In this document: in pieces, positions 40,280 to 43,038 of the stretch
Numbering within the stretch: position 1 is the first letter of the stretch
Layout of the letters: each line of letters begins with the position of its first letter
Assembly: GCA_010093705.1 (NCBI GenBank)
Contig: MU006093.1
Location: forward strand, 322,569-365,606
Source: Patellaria atrata CBS 101060
Lineage: Eukaryota
Length of the DNA stretch: 43,038 bases
Direction: 5' to 3'
Program-made: the position numbers and the translations under genes
Notes under the pieces: model-generated
What the model was told of the DNA's origin: nothing
Seen by the model: only the letters and a program-made list of their open reading frames with translations
Databases searched by the model: none

Positions 40280-41098
40280 CTAGGTCTGTAGAGTCAACTT
40301 CTCTTTTCGGCGGTTTTTCTTCACCTTAGACTGTGTCACCCCGGTATCCCGGGATGGGTCTAAGCGCAAAGAGGTCTTTCGATCACGACCCGAGCGCCTA
40401 GCCGCAGTGGAGCGGAGACGTGTCGTCGGGTCAGTAATCGGCACACCTACCCCCGGAAGAGAAGCCTGGACGTCGATGCGAGCCGGAGCTCCATCAACTA
40501 GGATCCAGGACTTTGCGACACCGTGGGGAGCAGGTGAAGCCGGTTTCCACCGCTCAGCATTGGCAGCAAACGCCGCCATCCTAGCACGAATATCGGCCGG
40601 GATGGGGCGAATGCTTGGATGCTTCGGCCCGAGACTCCATGGTGAGACAATGTGCGTTTTCCCGGTTAGTGAGACCCTGCACCCATAACTGCTGTCCCCG
40701 GGTTTTGGCAGAACCAACCGTTCAACCTTCAGGGGCCAGTCTAAGCTGGAAGCAACCTGGGGCCGTGGTTGAGCGCGGCGACGAGGACGTACAGCGGGGT
40801 GAGGGGGCGGATCAGTCGTGGAGGGAGGGGGAGGAACGGCGGCTGAGGTGGAGGCGGCGGCGGGGGCGGTGGGAGGAGGAGGGGGGGGGGCGAGGGGGAC
40901 GAGGGGGGCGAGGGAGGCGAGGGAGGGAGGAGGACGAGAAGCACGACCTGGGGCTAGGTGTCGAGAGTACCTGACCTGCAGGCTACCGGCGGAGCGACCA
41001 GGAAGTCGACCAGCAATCTCGGACCAGCTGAGATTGCCGACCTCCTTCAAATTGACGATGGTCGCATCCTCGGTACCTGTGTATCTCCTGGCGGCCAT
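40280..41098 (-). CDS. Intronless single Myb/SANT-like DNA-binding domain protein with Pro/Ala-rich linker
   Basis: YTGTEDATIVNLKEVGNLSWSEIAGRLPGRSAGSLQVRYSRHL matches the fungal Myb-like HTH pattern. Basic C-terminus. Confidence 0.75.
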   Translation of the reverse strand: MAARRYTGTEDATIVNLKEVGNLSWSEIAGRLPGRSAGSLQVRYSRHLAPGRASRPPPSLASLAPLVPLAPPPPPPTAPAAASTSAAVPPPPSTTDPPPHPAVRPRRRAQPRPQVASSLDWPLKVERLVLPKPGDSSYGCRVSLTGKTHIVSPWSLGPKHPSIRPIPADIRARMAAFAANAERWKPASPAPHGVAKSWILVDGAPARIDVQASLPGVGVPITDPTTRLRSTAARRSGRDRKTSLRLDPSRDTGVTQSKVKKNRRKEKLTLQT

Positions 41099-41791
41099 TT
41101 CGTGTGAAAGAGGAAGAAGAGAAGGTCGTAAAAAGGTGTTTAAAGAAGCTGTGCAAGATTGTACAGCGAAAGCTTAGTGGAATTGGCTTTTACTTGTGCT
41201 GTAAAAACTTGTTTTCTCTGGAGGAAAGAAAAAAGAAAGTTAGAAAAGCTGGCGGCGAGAGAGGAATATATGGAAGGTGCGACAATAGTACGCAAGGTGC
41301 TATTGTTTCGTGACTTACAATAAGGGGGGTTCTTTTGAGCGTTTCAGGACCTAATGTGAAGTCTGAATGGGGGGTTATGCTATTGTAATTCACAGCAGAA
41401 TAAGGACAATAGCAATTGAATGTTTAGCATGTGAATATCTCAATAAAACGAACTAAGAAATCTGAATTGATTGGTGATGTATTGTTGTAGGCCCAAGCTC
41501 TCTTAGCTATTGAAGCCCTTTGAAAAGTCACATGCAGGGAAACTTGCTCATGTTACTGTATTGAAAAATGTTTCAAGATCTTGGGGACGGGGGTGGATAA
41601 GGGGAGCGGACAATACAGAACAGGGCAATACCATATAGTGACAGTACAGCTGGGAAAAAGTATAGATTCATACAGCGGAAGATAACATGCATGGATATGA
41701 GATCCACCAGGAAGTCATGTTTTGATCCTGTGGAGAAGGGTAAAAGAATACATTAATGTACAGAGACGTATCTTACATTAACTACAATATC

Positions 41792-42640
41792 CTATACACG
41801 TTCACTAATCCATATTGCAGTACGACAGCCACCTCTGATAATGTTTGTTAACAGTTCATACGGTCTTGCTTGTTTAGCATGATTCTCTACGGCATGATCC
41901 AGGTGTTCGAGCTCCTCATCCCGTATCCGCCTAAGGTTTTTCACAAGTTCAGCAATATCCTCCCCAACCGGATCTCCCCTCTCTTCCATCATCTGTACCC
42001 ATTCCAGCAATACGCGGACTTGATCGTTGTAATGTGTGCCGATTTCCGTCTCCACAGCCTCCGTACAAGCCATTGCAGCTTCCCTCCCCATAACCGCTGT
42101 AGACCACCCCAACACTGTAGCAGCAGCTTTCCAAACAGGATACATTGCGGTTGGCCGTATCCGATGTTTTGCAAGCAATTCATTGAAGATTTGGAGGTGG
42201 CCGGCTTCTTGATCGTACATATGCTTCATAAGAGGTCTCAGGTGTGGATGTGATTGAACAATTGGTGGAGTTTGCGCGGCATAGATGAGCACGGCGGCCA
42301 ATTCACCAGCTTGATTTACGCGAAGCTTGTATTCAATTAATACTTTTTCAATTTGAAAGTATTGGTAACCTACAGCACTATCAAGGAAGCGTTTCTGGTC
42401 CTCCGTCAACGTGTTTCGCTGGGTGATCTGCAGAGTATCTAGAGGTAGTTCGGACGCAGACTCTCGCACATTTGACTTTTTGGTGGCAGACGTGCTCATA
42501 CAAGATCTCTTGATTGCTCTATGAGGTATATGTTTTGATTGAACAGTTATGAATGCCGGCGCAAGGAAGTCTAGAACAGGCAAGTTGTGGCATCTCACGG
42601 CGCATCGCGCAACTTTCGAAACGTTCATTATAGTAGACAT
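41792..42640 (-). CDS. COQ7: 5-demethoxyubiquinone hydroxylase, mitochondrial (Coq7/Cat5)
   Basis: Presequence-like N-terminus and di-iron motifs LRVNQAGE, QEAGH, CTEAVETEIGTHYNDQ, RDEELEH. Predicted intron 42326-42373. Confidence 0.96.
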   Translation of the reverse strand: MSTIMNVSKVARCAVRCHNLPVLDFLAPAFITVQSKHIPHRAIKRSCMSTSATKKSNVRESASELPLDTLQITQRNTLTEDQKRFLDSAVGYQYFQIEKVLIEYKLRVNQAGELAAVLIYAAQTPPIVQSHPHLRPLMKHMYDQEAGHLQIFNELLAKHRIRPTAMYPVWKAAATVLGWSTAVMGREAAMACTEAVETEIGTHYNDQVRVLLEWVQMMEERGDPVGEDIAELVKNLRRIRDEELEHLDHAVENHAKQARPYELLTNIIRGGCRTAIWISERV

Positions 42641-42860
42641 GATCTTAAAGGAGTGAGGAAAGGAAATAAACTTAACGAACGAGGTATAAAAGGAAGAATT
42701 TTATCTCATACGGCATGGAACGACGTCGGTGGACGTCGGAAGTACTCATATCCAAAGAGAGCAATTTTTCCCGAACAGACGGGAGATTCGGAGCTTTGTC
42801 GCAAATCGCGCTAGGACACGCTTGAGGACTTAGTAAGCGAATATTACTAAGGAGCTGTAA

Positions 42861-42868
42861 CACGTGAC
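42861..42868 (-). promoter_or_regulatory. GTCACGTG E-box (Cbf1/bHLH-type site) upstream of COQ7
   Basis: Exact RTCACGTG match about 220 bp upstream of the COQ7 ATG. A single short motif, so it could be chance. Confidence 0.35.
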
Positions 42869-43038
42869 TCGAAGAACTAAGGTAGCAGACTAGTCCAAAG
42901 TAGAATAACTATTTCGGGTCCGAGCACCTCAAGGCCTTTCCCTTCAGTGTGGCCAATAATACTTTAGTATTAGATACTATCGAATACGGATTAGTATTGT
43001 ATCGGATCGATATCGATAAATACCTTAATAATACCTTA

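Overview
This is a gene-dense window from a filamentous ascomycete, judged from ~45-65 nt GT-AG introns with CTRAC/CTAAT branch points and Pezizomycotina-type gene families. In order it holds: YEN1/GEN1 resolvase divergent from a large AT-hook protein, a GH28 exo-rhamnogalacturonase-like enzyme, an orphan dsRNA-binding-domain (dsRBD)-like gene split by one in-frame TAG, an intracellular LacZ-type GH2 beta-galactosidase, IEC3 divergent from ORM1, NCE102, an AAA+ ATPase, ARO2, and an AA9 LPMO with microexons. A ~6 kb ORF-poor interval follows, containing a tRNA-derived Pol III-like hairpin element, a microsatellite and intron-like segments. The window ends with an F-box protein, a 5'-nucleotidase, an intronless Myb-domain gene and COQ7. 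The most interesting leads are the stand-alone dsRBD gene, the tRNA/SINE-like structured element, a 62-bp direct-repeat/inverted-repeat micro-element, recurrent C-to-G skew inversions, a recurrent intergenic TAAGGTA motif and the ORM1-NCE102 pairing. All calls were made by eye with no database searches, and splice sites are manual predictions.
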